In this document: piece after piece, positions 10,103-22,875 of the stretch
Position numbering within the stretch: position 1 is the stretch's first letter
How the letters are laid out: every line of letters begins with the position of its first letter
Assembly (NCBI GenBank): GCA_039831335.1
Contig: JBDONL010000003.1
Coordinates: 652,238-716,237 of the forward strand
Direction of reading: 5' to 3'
Length of the DNA stretch: 64,000 bases
Source: Sphingomonadaceae bacterium
GTDB taxonomy: Bacteria > Pseudomonadota > Alphaproteobacteria > Sphingomonadales > Sphingomonadaceae
The notes under the pieces: model-generated
The model's input: the letters and a program-made list of their open reading frames with translations, nothing else
Database searches by the model: none
Told to the model about the DNA's origin: nothing
Program-made: the position numbers and the translations under genes

Positions 10103-11332
10103 ATGGCTCAATACAAGTCCGAATTGCTCCGCCTACTGGATGAGCGGGGATATATCCACCAAATGACGGATGCGGAGGGGCTGGACGCTCTTGCCGCAAG
10201 CCAGGTGGTGCCGGGCTATATCGGTTTCGACCCCACCGCGCCTTCACTCCATGTCGGAAGCATGGTGCAGATCATGATGCTGCGCCGACTCCAGCAGACC
10301 GGGCACAAGCCTATCGTGGTGATGGGTGGCGGCACCGGGAGGATCGGCGATCCTTCGGGTAAGGACGAAAGCCGCAAACTGATGACGAGCGAAGTCATCG
10401 CCGCCAATGTCGCGGGTATTCGCAAGGTTTTCGACCGGTTGCTGACGTTCGGTGACGGGCCGACCGATGCAGTAATGGTCGATAACAACGAATGGCTGGG
10501 CGAGCTCGGCTACATTGACCTGCTGCGCGATGTCGGCCCGCACTTCACCATCAACCGCATGCTCGCATTCGATTCGGTCAAACTGCGGCTCGATCGCGAA
10601 CAGCCGCTAACCTTCCTCGAATTCAATTACATGATCCTGCAAGCCTACGATTTCCTCGAGCTTGCAAGGCGCTACGATTGCAAGTTGCAGATGGGCGGCA
10701 GCGACCAATGGGGCAATATCGTTAACGGTATGGAGCTCGGGCGGCGCATGGAATCGCGTGAGCTCTACGGCCTGACGTCACCGCTCATAACGACTGCCGA
10801 TGGTGCCAAGATGGGCAAGAGCGCTGCCGGTGCGGTGTGGCTCAACGAAGAGCAATTGCCCGCCTACGATTTCTGGCAATTCTGGCGCAATTGCGATGAC
10901 CGCGATGTGGGCCGGTTCCTCAAGCTGTTTACCGATGTTCCGTTGGACGAAATCGCTCGTCTGGAAGCGCTTGAAGGTGCCGAAATAAACGCCGCGAAGC
11001 AGGTGTTGGCAAACGAAGTTACGCGCCTCATTCGAGGGGAGGATGCCGCGAAATCGGCGGAATCGACAGCCGCGGCCACCTTTGCGGGCGGTGGTCTGGG
11101 CGAGGATCTGCCGGTGCTGCACCTCGGAAACGAGGGAATGCGGATCGGCGCGGCCCTGACCGAACTCGGATTTACCAGTTCAGGTGGCGAAGCGAAGCGA
11201 AAGCTCGCCGAAGGTGCGGTGCGGCTCGATGGCGAAGTCGTGAGCGATCCCGGCGAAATTCTGTCGCTTGACGACGGGGTGGAGGCGCGTCTCAGCCTCG
11301 GTCGAAAGAAGCACGCCATTCTCAAGCGCTGA
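10103..11332 (+). CDS. tyrS: Tyrosine--tRNA ligase
   Basis: HIGH-type motif (APSLHVGS), KMSKS-type motif (KMGKS) and a C-terminal S4-like domain. 409 aa. Confidence 0.95.
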   Translation: MAQYKSELLRLLDERGYIHQMTDAEGLDALAASQVVPGYIGFDPTAPSLHVGSMVQIMMLRRLQQTGHKPIVVMGGGTGRIGDPSGKDESRKLMTSEVIAANVAGIRKVFDRLLTFGDGPTDAVMVDNNEWLGELGYIDLLRDVGPHFTINRMLAFDSVKLRLDREQPLTFLEFNYMILQAYDFLELARRYDCKLQMGGSDQWGNIVNGMELGRRMESRELYGLTSPLITTADGAKMGKSAAGAVWLNEEQLPAYDFWQFWRNCDDRDVGRFLKLFTDVPLDEIARLEALEGAEINAAKQVLANEVTRLIRGEDAAKSAESTAAATFAGGGLGEDLPVLHLGNEGMRIGAALTELGFTSSGGEAKRKLAEGAVRLDGEVVSDPGEILSLDDGVEARLSLGRKKHAILKR

Positions 11333-11436
11333 CGGCTCTCCAGTACCCCTGCTGGATATCCGCGCCCCGAGCTTAACCGATTATCAGCCTTTTTGGTGCA
11401 CCTAGCTTCCCACCAGAACATTGGAGGGAAGCGTAC

Positions 11437-11775
11437 ATGGCCGCAGGGGCTCAGCTCAGCGTCACCGACCAACGCCGAATGGCGCGGCATCCTGTCGATC
11501 ACCCTGTGATCGCCGAGCATTTCCGCTTGGGCGACATGCGCATGCATATCGCCAACCTTTCTTCGCATGGGTTCATGGTCGACGATGCGCGCGATCTTGC
11601 GCGAGGCGACCGGGTGATCGTGCGCCTGCCGATCATCGGCAGGATCGAAGCCTACGTCATTTGGGTGCGCGAAAACCGCGCAGGTTTCCAGTTCGAACGA
11701 ATAATCCGTGTCGATGATTTCATGGCTGTGATCGATACGCTCCAGCCAAATCCGCGATTGCGTCGGGCGCGCTAA
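11437..11775 (+). CDS. PilZ domain-containing protein
   Basis: RRMARHP (RxxxR) followed by IANLSSHGF (D/NxSxxG), the c-di-GMP binding signature of PilZ domains. Confidence 0.75.
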   Translation: MAAGAQLSVTDQRRMARHPVDHPVIAEHFRLGDMRMHIANLSSHGFMVDDARDLARGDRVIVRLPIIGRIEAYVIWVRENRAGFQFERIIRVDDFMAVIDTLQPNPRLRRAR

Positions 11776-11845
11776 AGCCGAACTTCACCGCTAGTAACAA
11801 TCTGATTGCTTGGCAGCGCGACGATGCGCTGCCAAGGCAGCTTGC

Positions 11846-13129
11846 GTGAGCGACGCTTCCCCCCATCCGCTACGCATTCCTGCGTTTCGCGCCTATTTCG
11901 TATCCCGGTTCCTCAACACCATTGCGGTGAGCGCCCAGGCGATCATCATAGGCTGGCAGGTCTATGGCATCGCGCGCCAGACGATGGACATCAAGGAATC
12001 GGCGTTCCTGCTGGGCATGATCGGGCTGGCGCAGTTCGTGCCTTTGTTCCTGTTGACACCGATCGTCGGGCTGGTTGCCGACACTTACGACCGCCGCTGG
12101 ATCGTTCGCGGAACAACAGCGCTGTTGACGCTCAATGCCCTGATGCTGGGTGCCTTGACCTATTTAGGGGCCCTGACCATGCCCTTCTTGTTCTTCGCCG
12201 CTGTCTTTGTCGGCGTTGCACGGGCGTTTTCCGGCCCGGCGTTTTCGGCTCTTGCACCAAACCTTGTCCCGCGGGAGGTTTTGCCTACCGCCATCGCGGT
12301 CAGTTCGATCGCCTGGCAAACGGGTATGATCGCAGGCCCAAGTGTTGGCGGCGTGCTTTACGCAATCCATCCCGATTTCGCTTACGGTTCGATCTCGGCG
12401 ATGTTTGCGCTTGCGCTGGGCATCCTGATGTTGATCAAGAAGGTTCCACAGCCCCCAGTCCAGAAGGACCGCCGCCCGCTGCATCGCATTGCCGACGGGT
12501 TCAGTTACGTGCGCAACAACCGGTTGGTGCTTGCTGCCATAACGCTCGATCTCTGCGTGGTTCTGCTGGCAGGTTCCACCGCTCTGCTGCCAGTCTACGC
12601 CCGCGACATCCTCCATGTTGGTGCAACAGGTTTCGGCCTGCTCGCCGCCGGTATGGGGATCGGTGCGGCTGCTGGATCGCTATGGTTCACGTTCCGTCCG
12701 ATGAAGACCAATGTCGGCGTGAAGATGCTGATTGCTGTGACGATCTTTGCCTGTGCGATCATCACTTTCGGTGTTTCGACCTGGTTCCCGCTCAGTCTCG
12801 CTGCGCTGGTTGTCGCGGGAGCATCGGATATGGTGTCGGTCTATGTTCGGCAATCGCTCATCCAGTTGCACACGCCGGATGAAATGCGTGGGCGTGTCGG
12901 GGCGATATCGGCGCTGACCATTTCCGCCTCCAATGAACTCGGCGAAGCGGAAACAGGCCTGGTCGCTTCCGTCCTCGGTCCAGTCGGGGCGGTTGTATTC
13001 GGCGGCTGCGCTGCCATCTTGGTCACGATAACCTGGACCTGGCTGTTCCCCGAGCTCCGGCTCGCGCGGACGTTTGATCCCAAGGACGGCCCGTCCCGGA
13101 AACCTAGAGAGGAAGGATCCGCATCATGA
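11846..13129 (+). CDS. MFS transporter (EntS/enterobactin-exporter-like)
   Basis: About 12 hydrophobic segments. N-terminal [19 protein letters not shown] is typical of this MFS subfamily. The start is uncertain (GTG 11846 or TTG 11810). Its stop overlaps the cysK ATG (ATGA). Confidence 0.75.
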   Translation: MSDASPHPLRIPAFRAYFVSRFLNTIAVSAQAIIIGWQVYGIARQTMDIKESAFLLGMIGLAQFVPLFLLTPIVGLVADTYDRRWIVRGTTALLTLNALMLGALTYLGALTMPFLFFAAVFVGVARAFSGPAFSALAPNLVPREVLPTAIAVSSIAWQTGMIAGPSVGGVLYAIHPDFAYGSISAMFALALGILMLIKKVPQPPVQKDRRPLHRIADGFSYVRNNRLVLAAITLDLCVVLLAGSTALLPVYARDILHVGATGFGLLAAGMGIGAAAGSLWFTFRPMKTNVGVKMLIAVTIFACAIITFGVSTWFPLSLAALVVAGASDMVSVYVRQSLIQLHTPDEMRGRVGAISALTISASNELGEAETGLVASVLGPVGAVVFGGCAAILVTITWTWLFPELRLARTFDPKDGPSRKPREEGSAS

Positions 13130-14043
13130 AAGCCGACAATGTTCTCGCCACCATTGGCAACACCCCACATATCCGGCTTTCCAGGCTGTTTCCCAACCAT
13201 GAGGTCTGGATCAAGTCGGAGCGTTCCAACCCCGGCGGCTCGATCAAGGACCGTATCGCGCTTGCGATGGTCGAGGATGCGGAAAAAGCCGGCAAGCTGA
13301 CACCCGGTGGCACGATTATCGAGCCGACCAGTGGCAACACCGGTATCGGCCTTGCCATGGTCGCAGCAGTCAAGGGCTACAAGCTCGTGCTGGTCATGCC
13401 GGAGAGCATGAGCATCGAACGCCGCCGTCTGATGCTGGCCTATGGCGCCAGCTTCGACCTTACGCCCAAGGAAAAGGGCATGAAGGGCGCAATCGAACGG
13501 GCGCAGGAACTCGTCGGCGAGACCGAAGGCGCGTGGATGCCGAGCCAGTTCGACAACCCGTCAAACTTCGAAGTCCACAAGCGCACCACCGCGCAGGAAA
13601 TTCTTGCCGATTTCAAGGGAAGTCCGATCGATGTGCTTATCACCGGCGTGGGCACAGGCGGGCATCTGACTGGGACAGCCGAAGTGTTGAAAGCCGAGTG
13701 GCCCGGCATGAAAGCCTATGCGGTGGAGCCTGAAGCATCGCCTGTGATTGGTGGCGGCCAGCCCGGTCCGCACCCGATTCAAGGGATTGGTGCCGGATTC
13801 GTACCGGAAAACCTCCACACGCAGGCCATCGACGGCGCGATAGCAGTCGATGCCGAGGTGGCCAAGGACATGGCGCGTCGCTGCGCACGCGAAGAAGGGT
13901 TGCTGGTCGGGATTTCGAGTGGTGCGACATTGGCGGCCATTGCCAAGAAACTCCCCGATCTCGATGCGGGAAGCCGCGTGCTGGGCTTCAACTACGATAC
14001 TGGCGAACGCTACCTATCGGTACCGGAGTTCCTGCCAGAATGA
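13126..14043 (+). CDS. cysK: Cysteine synthase A (O-acetylserine sulfhydrylase)
   Basis: IGNTPHIRL...[15 protein letters not shown]-lysine motif and a GTGGH nucleotide loop. 305 aa. Confidence 0.95.
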   Translation: MKADNVLATIGNTPHIRLSRLFPNHEVWIKSERSNPGGSIKDRIALAMVEDAEKAGKLTPGGTIIEPTSGNTGIGLAMVAAVKGYKLVLVMPESMSIERRRLMLAYGASFDLTPKEKGMKGAIERAQELVGETEGAWMPSQFDNPSNFEVHKRTTAQEILADFKGSPIDVLITGVGTGGHLTGTAEVLKAEWPGMKAYAVEPEASPVIGGGQPGPHPIQGIGAGFVPENLHTQAIDGAIAVDAEVAKDMARRCAREEGLLVGISSGATLAAIAKKLPDLDAGSRVLGFNYDTGERYLSVPEFLPE

Positions 14044-14750
14044 GCAATTTCGAGACCGTCGCCTATCGCGACGGAGGCACCCCGTTAACCGGACTGTTGG
14101 CGAGGCCCAAGGGTCCGCCAAAAGCTGGCGTCGTGGTCTATCCCACGATCATGAACTCCACGTCCGCGGTGGAAGCCAAGGCGACATTGCTGGCGGATGC
14201 TGGCTATGTGGCCCTGATCGCCGATTTCTACGGTACCAATCCGGCAGATATGGCTGAGTCTCAGGCCCTGGCCGCGCCGTTAAGGGCGGAAGCGCAGGCG
14301 ATGCGTGACCGAATGCGATCCGCATTGATCGCCTTATCCGAAATCGCTGGGGACATTCCCATGGCCGCTATCGGCTTTTGCATGGGTGGGCAGGCAGCTT
14401 TGGAAATGGCACGGGAGGGGGCAGATCTTGTGCTTGCGGCAAGTTTTCACGGACTGCTCGAAACCCATGCTCCGGCTGAACCAGGCGTAATTCTTTCGCG
14501 AATCCTGGTATGCCATGGCGATGCCGATCCGCTCGTCCCGCGTGAACAAGTGCTCCGTTTCTGGGAAGAAATGGATCACGCCGGGGCAAACTGGCATTTT
14601 CACAGCTATTCCGGTGTGAAGCACGGTTTCACCAACCCGCAAGTGCCTTCAGGAATGCCCGCGATTGGCTACGATGCAAGTGCCGACCGCCAGAGCTGGA
14701 AGGCGCTCAATTCTCTTCTGGACGAGTGCTTGAGTGCGCAAGCGCAGTAA
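14040..14750 (+). CDS. Dienelactone hydrolase family protein
   Basis: Alpha/beta-hydrolase with a GFCMGG nucleophile elbow (Cys type, as in dienelactone hydrolases). Overlaps the cysK stop by 4 nt. Confidence 0.8.
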   Translation: MSNFETVAYRDGGTPLTGLLARPKGPPKAGVVVYPTIMNSTSAVEAKATLLADAGYVALIADFYGTNPADMAESQALAAPLRAEAQAMRDRMRSALIALSEIAGDIPMAAIGFCMGGQAALEMAREGADLVLAASFHGLLETHAPAEPGVILSRILVCHGDADPLVPREQVLRFWEEMDHAGANWHFHSYSGVKHGFTNPQVPSGMPAIGYDASADRQSWKALNSLLDECLSAQAQ

Positions 14751-14875
14751 TTGAAAGCGTCGAAACGCCGTATCGTCCCAATTTGGGACCCTTAAGGCGT
14801 TGCAAATATTCTTGTGAATGATTAAAAATCGTTAACTATAACGAGTCGCGACCCATCATTTTTGCGGAGTTCGCC

Positions 14876-15475
14876 ATGTTTTCTCGTGCTTACAAGCCTT
14901 TGCTCGCAGCCGCTGCGCTTGCTGGAAGTTTGGGTTTTGCCACATCAGCCCAAGCCGCAGTGACAGTGCTCGGTGTTACATCGGGAACCGACTGTGGGGG
15001 GAAAGGCGGTTTTTCGAACTGTTATGCCAATCCCGACGGTACGATCACTCAAGGAACGACCCAGGGTGGATCGCCTGCGATCTGGAAGATCAATAGCGAT
15101 ACCACGACGGATGTATCGACCATGTTTCCGTCGATTACAGGGTCCGAATTCAGCGTTTCCTATTTCGGCAACACCAATACGCTGAATTTCACCTACACGC
15201 CCGGCACTGACGATCCGACAATTCACTATTTTGCGATCAAGCAGGGCAATTCAACCGCCCTTTATTACGATTCCGACCCGATCACTTCGGGTTCGATCAT
15301 GCTGGATTCGTTGTTCCCGAACAATCCGGGCTTTTCGCATATCACTTTCTTCGACACGGGCGATCCAGGCGTTCCGGAACCGGGTGTCTGGGCACTGCTG
15401 ATTACCGGTTTCTTCGGTATCGGGAGTATGCTTCGCCGCAGGCGCACGCATTTGACACTCGCGTTTAACAAATAG
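14876..15475 (+). CDS. PEP-CTERM (PEPxxWA-type) sorting domain-containing secreted protein
   Basis: N-terminal signal peptide (AAALAGSLGFATSAQA). C-terminal VPEPGVWALLITGFFGIGSMLRRRR, i.e. PEP motif, TM helix and basic tail. Confidence 0.85.
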   Translation: MFSRAYKPLLAAAALAGSLGFATSAQAAVTVLGVTSGTDCGGKGGFSNCYANPDGTITQGTTQGGSPAIWKINSDTTTDVSTMFPSITGSEFSVSYFGNTNTLNFTYTPGTDDPTIHYFAIKQGNSTALYYDSDPITSGSIMLDSLFPNNPGFSHITFFDTGDPGVPEPGVWALLITGFFGIGSMLRRRRTHLTLAFNK

Positions 15476-15512
15476 CGGTTCAGCAAAGGCTTTTAGACCT
15501 TGGACGAAAGCG

Positions 15513-15541
15513 GGGCGGAACCGAAATACTCGGTTCCGCCC
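15513..15541. terminator. Bidirectional intrinsic terminator between convergent genes
   Basis: 11-bp perfect stem GGGCGGAACCG / CGGTTCCGCCC with a 7-nt loop, followed by a T-rich run (gtctttatt) on the plus strand. Confidence 0.7.
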
Positions 15542-15549
15542 GTCTTTAT

Positions 15550-17355
15550 TCATGCTGCGGTATCGAAGGCGTCTTCGCTTAACGCCATGACAGCTTCGCT
15601 GCCGGCCTCAATCTTGCGACGCAGGGCTCCGGCGTCGGGCAGGAAGCGTTCGACATAGTAGCGAGCTGTTGCCAGCTTGGTCTGGTAGAATGCTTTGTCA
15701 CCGCCTCCTGACGACAACTTTGCCTGTGCCACCTTGGCCATGCGCAACCACATCAGTCCGAGCGAGACGATCCCCATGATATGCATGTAGTGATGCGCGC
15801 CCGCGCCCAGATCGTCCGGGTTCTTCATTGCGTTCTGCATGAACCACATGGTTGCGGCTTGCTGTTCACCCAGCGCCTTTTCAAGCTTTTCGGCCAGTGG
15901 CGCGAGAGTTTCATCCGATTTGGCGGTAGTGCATTCCTCGCCGACCATCTTGAAGAAGGCCTGAATTGCCGCACCGCCTTTGTAGGCGAGCTTGCGACCG
16001 CACAAATCCATCGCTTGCACGCCATTGGTGCCTTCGTAAATCTGCGCAATCCTCGCATCGCGTACGAACTGCTCCATGCCCCATTCGCGAATATAACCGT
16101 GCCCGCCGAACACCTGCTGCATATCGGTGGCTACCGCGTAGCCCTTGTCAGTGCCGTAACCCTTGATGACCGGCGTCAGCAGACCGATCATCGCATCGGC
16201 CTCGGCGCGCTCTTCTTCGCTGGTCGCCTTGTGGCTGAGATCGACCAACAATGCGCCCCACAGGCACAATGCGCGCATCCCCTCGGTGAAAGCCTTGGCG
16301 TCCATCAGCATCCGGCGCACGTCCGGGTGGACGATGATGGGGTCGGCCTTCGCTTCGGGATCGGCGGGGCCGGTCAGCGCCCTGCCCTGCCGGCGATCCT
16401 TCGCGTAGGCGACCGCGTTCTGGTAAGCGACCTCGGCCTGGCTCAGGCCCTGAATGCCGACGCCCAGACGCGCGGCGTTCATCATGATGAACATCGCCGC
16501 CAGCCCCTTGTTCTCCTCCCCGACGAGCCAGCCCTTAGCATCGTCATAATTGAGCACGCAGGTGGCGTTGGCGTGGATGCCCATCTTTTCCTCGATCGAG
16601 CCGCAGGAAACGCCGTTGCGCTCGCCCACTGAGCCATCCTCGTTGACGAGGAACTTCGGTACCACGAACAGCGAAATGCCCTTGGTCGAGTCCGGCGCAC
16701 CCGGCAATTTGGCAAGCACCAGATGAATTATGTTGTCGGTCAGATCGTGCTCGCCCGCCGAAATGAAGATCTTCGTCCCGGTAATCGCATAGCTGCCATC
16801 GGCCTGCGGCTCCGCCTTGGTCCGGATCAGGCCGAGGTCGGTGCCGCACTGCGGCTCGGTCAAATTCATAGTGCCGGACCATTCGCCGGAGATCATCTTG
16901 GGTAGGTATTTCTCCTGCTGCTCGGGCGATCCCTTGGCCAGCAGAGCGGACACCGCGCCATTGGTGAGGCCCGGATACATGCCGAAAGCCTGGTTGGCGC
17001 TGGAGATGAACTCCTCCAGCGCAAAGCCGAGAACGTGCGGCATGCCCTGCCCACCGAACTGCTCCGGCTGCGCGAGCGTGCCCCACCCTGCCTCGCAGAA
17101 CTGCTTGTAGGCGTCCTTGAAGCCATCGGGTGTCGTCACCGACCCATCGGCATGGCGCGTGCAGCCCTGCTCGTCACCGGACAGGTTGAGCGGCGCCAGA
17201 ACTTCGGCGCAGAACTTACCGCCCTCACCGATCACCGTATCGATGATATCGGTAGTGGCGCTTTCGAATCCCGGAAGGTTTCCATGGCTGGCGACGTCGA
17301 GCACTTCGTTGATGACAAAGCGGCTGTCGCGCGCGGGTGCGGTGTAACTGGGCAT
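15550..17355 (-). CDS. Long-type acyl-CoA dehydrogenase (about 600 aa, with C-terminal extension)
   Basis: Acyl-CoA dehydrogenase (ACAD) N-terminal, middle and C-terminal domain pattern (TEPQCGTDL, QVFGGHGYIREW, YEGTNG). 601 aa. Confidence 0.9.
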   Translation of the reverse strand: MPSYTAPARDSRFVINEVLDVASHGNLPGFESATTDIIDTVIGEGGKFCAEVLAPLNLSGDEQGCTRHADGSVTTPDGFKDAYKQFCEAGWGTLAQPEQFGGQGMPHVLGFALEEFISSANQAFGMYPGLTNGAVSALLAKGSPEQQEKYLPKMISGEWSGTMNLTEPQCGTDLGLIRTKAEPQADGSYAITGTKIFISAGEHDLTDNIIHLVLAKLPGAPDSTKGISLFVVPKFLVNEDGSVGERNGVSCGSIEEKMGIHANATCVLNYDDAKGWLVGEENKGLAAMFIMMNAARLGVGIQGLSQAEVAYQNAVAYAKDRRQGRALTGPADPEAKADPIIVHPDVRRMLMDAKAFTEGMRALCLWGALLVDLSHKATSEEERAEADAMIGLLTPVIKGYGTDKGYAVATDMQQVFGGHGYIREWGMEQFVRDARIAQIYEGTNGVQAMDLCGRKLAYKGGAAIQAFFKMVGEECTTAKSDETLAPLAEKLEKALGEQQAATMWFMQNAMKNPDDLGAGAHHYMHIMGIVSLGLMWLRMAKVAQAKLSSGGGDKAFYQTKLATARYYVERFLPDAGALRRKIEAGSEAVMALSEDAFDTAA

Positions 17356-17375
17356 TATCTATCCTCTGGTCTGTG

Positions 17376-17831
17376 TCAGCTATCCGAGATCACGCTTTCG
17401 ACGTGAGCGATAAACTCAGTCAGCTCCTTGATCGAACTGTCGATATCGGTGCGCTGGCGTTTCAGCTTTGCGACATGAGCGCGGCACTTCTCTATCGTGA
17501 CACGGCGTTGTTCCGCACGGTCATCGTCGAGATCGTACAGGTCGATCATCTCGCGGATCTCGGTCAGGGAGAAACCGACATTCTTGGCGCGCATGATCCA
17601 CGCAAGGCGCGCGCGGTCACGCTTGGAGTATATCCGGTTGAGGCCGACTCGCGACGGCGCGATCAACCCTTCGTCCTCATAGAACCGCAACGCGCGAGCG
17701 GTGCAGCCGAATTCACTGGTGAGGTCCGAAATGGAAAACTGTTCGCGAGACAGCTTGTCGGGACGATCGATCAACGCGCGGGATTGACCGTTGGGCTCTC
17801 TTTCGGATCTTGAACTGGAAGCACTAGCCAT
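17376..17831 (-). CDS. MerR family transcriptional regulator (LiuR-like by context)
   Basis: MerR HTH FSISDLTSEFGCTARALRFYEDEGLI plus a coiled-coil dimerisation helix. Lies immediately upstream of the acyl-CoA dehydrogenase. Confidence 0.85.
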   Translation of the reverse strand: MASASSSRSEREPNGQSRALIDRPDKLSREQFSISDLTSEFGCTARALRFYEDEGLIAPSRVGLNRIYSKRDRARLAWIMRAKNVGFSLTEIREMIDLYDLDDDRAEQRRVTIEKCRAHVAKLKRQRTDIDSSIKELTEFIAHVESVISDS

Positions 17832-17863
17832 ACTTTTGAGCGTAGCAATGGCTTACGTAAACG

Positions 17864-18262
17864 TCAAGGATTGACGGGAACGAGAGTATCACCATCCAGC
17901 GCCCGAAAGAAACAGACCTGTTCGCCGGTATGGCAAACGGGTCCTGCCGGGATGCATTTGAGCACCAGTGCATCCTGATCGCAGTCGACGAGAATTTGTT
18001 CGACATGCAGAACATTGCCCGAAGTTTCACCCTTTTTCCAAAGCTTCCCGCGCGAGCGTGAGTGGAAATGGGCAAAGCCGGTTTCGCGAGTCGCTTCGAG
18101 TGCTTCGGCATCCATGAAAGCGACCATCAGCACCTCGTTGTCCTTCGCATCGACCACCACTGCTGTCAGCAATCCATTGCCGTCGAATTTGGGCTCAAAT
18201 GGCTGGTCGGTCACTTTGTTCAGATCCTCATCCAGGGGGATTTCTTGTTGCAGGATAACCAC
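17864..18262 (-). CDS. hisI: Phosphoribosyl-AMP cyclohydrolase
   Basis: [39 protein letters not shown]...VDCDQDAL motif set. GTG start. Confidence 0.9.
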   Translation of the reverse strand: MVILQQEIPLDEDLNKVTDQPFEPKFDGNGLLTAVVVDAKDNEVLMVAFMDAEALEATRETGFAHFHSRSRGKLWKKGETSGNVLHVEQILVDCDQDALVLKCIPAGPVCHTGEQVCFFRALDGDTLVPVNP

Positions 18263-18552
18263 ATTGCCCCGGAAAATGGATCACAAACTCATAAGGCTGT
18301 TTGAGGTCAAGCGATTTTGCGCAAGTATCCCTTTAGCGAGTTTGAAAGCTCGTTCCGCTGCAACAGAGCGTCGACAGAACGCCAGGTTCAGGGGGCAAAG
18401 TCCGGCCGGACTGCTCAGGGGGTGAGCGCAAGGTCGGCGACGATGAGGGTTGGATCGAGGTGGCCCGTGGGGGAGCCGCCGAACCGGAAACGGAGATCCC
18501 GACGATTTCGTCACGCGGCGCCCGGAGCCAAGGGAGGCTCCGGGCGTTTCGT

Positions 18553-19329
18553 TTATTCACTCGGCCGTTGCAAGCTAACGGGGAGCGCTTCGTCCAGAAC
18601 GCGCGCAAAGCAGGCAATCGTAACAGTTCGCGCTCCGGCTCGCTTGAGCGCCTTGACGCAAGCCGTGCTGGTGGCCCCGCTGGTCAGTACATCATCGACA
18701 AGCACGACATCGCGGCCATCGACTCTCGGTTTCAACCGCTCTGCTACGATGATTGCTCCCTGCAATTCTGTCCTTCGCGCACTAGCGCTTAGCCCACCTA
18801 GAGAAGGAGTAGCTTTGCGCCGGATCAGCACATCGGGATGCAGTTTGCCCTTGCCGAGTCGTTCCAGTTCGCGGCCCAGCAGTGCTGCCTGATTGAATCC
18901 ACGCCGCCACAGTCTCCAACGATGCAATGGCACAGGCACGATTACCCTTTCGCATTCGGATGAGGGCAATCGGGCAGCCATGAGCCGCGCAAGCATCGTC
19001 GCCAGTGCAATTCTCCCACCATGCTTGAATGCAAGCACCAGCTTGCGCGAAGTGGCGTTGTAGAGAGTGGCCGCAGCAATGCCGTCGTGCAACGGTGGCG
19101 TGGCCATGCAAGGTGCGCAAATAGCACCTTCGCCCGGACCCTGTTCGCCGAATGGGCGCTGGCACAAGGCACAACCCGGGTCGGTCGGAATGACCAGCGT
19201 ATTCCAGCAGTCCAGGCACAGGCCCGATTGCTGTCCAATCGCCTCTCCGCAAGCCGGGCAGCGAGGGGGATAAACGAAGTCGATCAGCGGCGCGAGCGAG
19301 GATGTGAGAAACTGCACGCCAGTCACCAT
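18553..19329 (-). CDS. comF: ComF family protein (amidophosphoribosyltransferase-like)
   Basis: N-terminal double zinc-ribbon cysteines (CPACG...CLDC...CALC...CAPC). C-terminal PRTase motif VVLVDDVLTSGAT. Confidence 0.85.
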   Translation of the reverse strand: MVTGVQFLTSSLAPLIDFVYPPRCPACGEAIGQQSGLCLDCWNTLVIPTDPGCALCQRPFGEQGPGEGAICAPCMATPPLHDGIAAATLYNATSRKLVLAFKHGGRIALATMLARLMAARLPSSECERVIVPVPLHRWRLWRRGFNQAALLGRELERLGKGKLHPDVLIRRKATPSLGGLSASARRTELQGAIIVAERLKPRVDGRDVVLVDDVLTSGATSTACVKALKRAGARTVTIACFARVLDEALPVSLQRPSE

Positions 19330-19379
19330 TGACGACCTTCACCCTTGCAAATTGGCTGGCGGAACGTCACGGCAGCGCG

Positions 19380-20138
19380 ATGTCTGAACGTCAGGTTCCC
19401 GAGATCTTTTCGCTCCATCGGCGTAAACTGCGCGACCTTCGGGCAGCGTATCGCCAATCGCAGGGTGAGGATCCCGCCGACTGGCTGAGCCGGGTTATGG
19501 CCGAGGATGTGATTGAGCGCACCGATTTCGTCCGTCTCGCGCCAAAGCGCGTTTGGCTGGCTGGGGATCATTCCGGTACGCTTGAGCAATATTTCAAGGC
19601 CGCGGGGGCGGAGGTGCTTGTGCCACAGGTGGCCGACCTCAATGAAGAGTTGCCGCTCGACGGAGGGCCCTTCGACCTTGCGATTAGTCTCGCGCGGCTC
19701 GGCAGCGTCAACGACCTGCCCGGTGCGCTGATCCACTTGCGCAACGCGCTGGCTCCCGGCGGGATGATGATCGCCATGATGGTTGGCGGCGGCTCCCTGC
19801 CAGCCTTGCGCAGCGCGATGCTGGCGGCGGATGGCGACCGCCCCGCCCCACGCCTGCATCCGCAGGTGGAAAGCCGATCCGCGACCGGCCTGCTTGAACG
19901 CGCCGGTTTCTCCCGTCAGGTCGTTGACGAGCATGGGGTGACCGTTCGCTATCCCGATCTTCGTAGACTTGTAAGCGATCTGCGCGACCAGGCGCTGACC
20001 GGCGTACTTGCGCGCGGCGGCCCGCCGCTCGGGAAAGCGGCGCTGGCGCGGGCCGAAGCGACGTTTTCCGCGCAGGCCGATGACGAAGGCAGGATTGCCG
20101 AGCGTTTTGAAATCCTCACGCTAACCGGCTGGCGATGA
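19380..20138 (+). CDS. SAM-dependent methyltransferase-like protein
   Basis: Start moved to ATG 19380 (MSERQVPEIFSLHRRKLR). The ORF start at 19329 would give zero intergenic distance to the divergent comF gene. Confidence 0.65.
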   Translation: MSERQVPEIFSLHRRKLRDLRAAYRQSQGEDPADWLSRVMAEDVIERTDFVRLAPKRVWLAGDHSGTLEQYFKAAGAEVLVPQVADLNEELPLDGGPFDLAISLARLGSVNDLPGALIHLRNALAPGGMMIAMMVGGGSLPALRSAMLAADGDRPAPRLHPQVESRSATGLLERAGFSRQVVDEHGVTVRYPDLRRLVSDLRDQALTGVLARGGPPLGKAALARAEATFSAQADDEGRIAERFEILTLTGWR

Positions 20139-20142
20139 TGCG

Positions 20143-22815
<2,673 letters not shown>

Positions 22816-22875
22816 GCTATCCTCTGGCTGGTGGGGTCGATTGCATGGTGACGAACCGCCCCTGACAGGTGTGTG

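Noticed and set aside
11806-12882. 358-aa alternative-frame ORF over the MFS transporter gene
   Set aside because: It is Arg/Cys/Pro-rich and non-membrane. The neighbouring frame gives a coherent 12-TM MFS protein.
18385-18420. RNase P RNA or SRP RNA (AAAGTCCGG-like motif, CAGG...)
   Set aside because: The gap (290 bp) is too short for bacterial RNase P RNA. The conserved GGAAGGAAGCAGC SRP domain IV and the GAGGAAAGUCCGGGC P4 sequences are not present.
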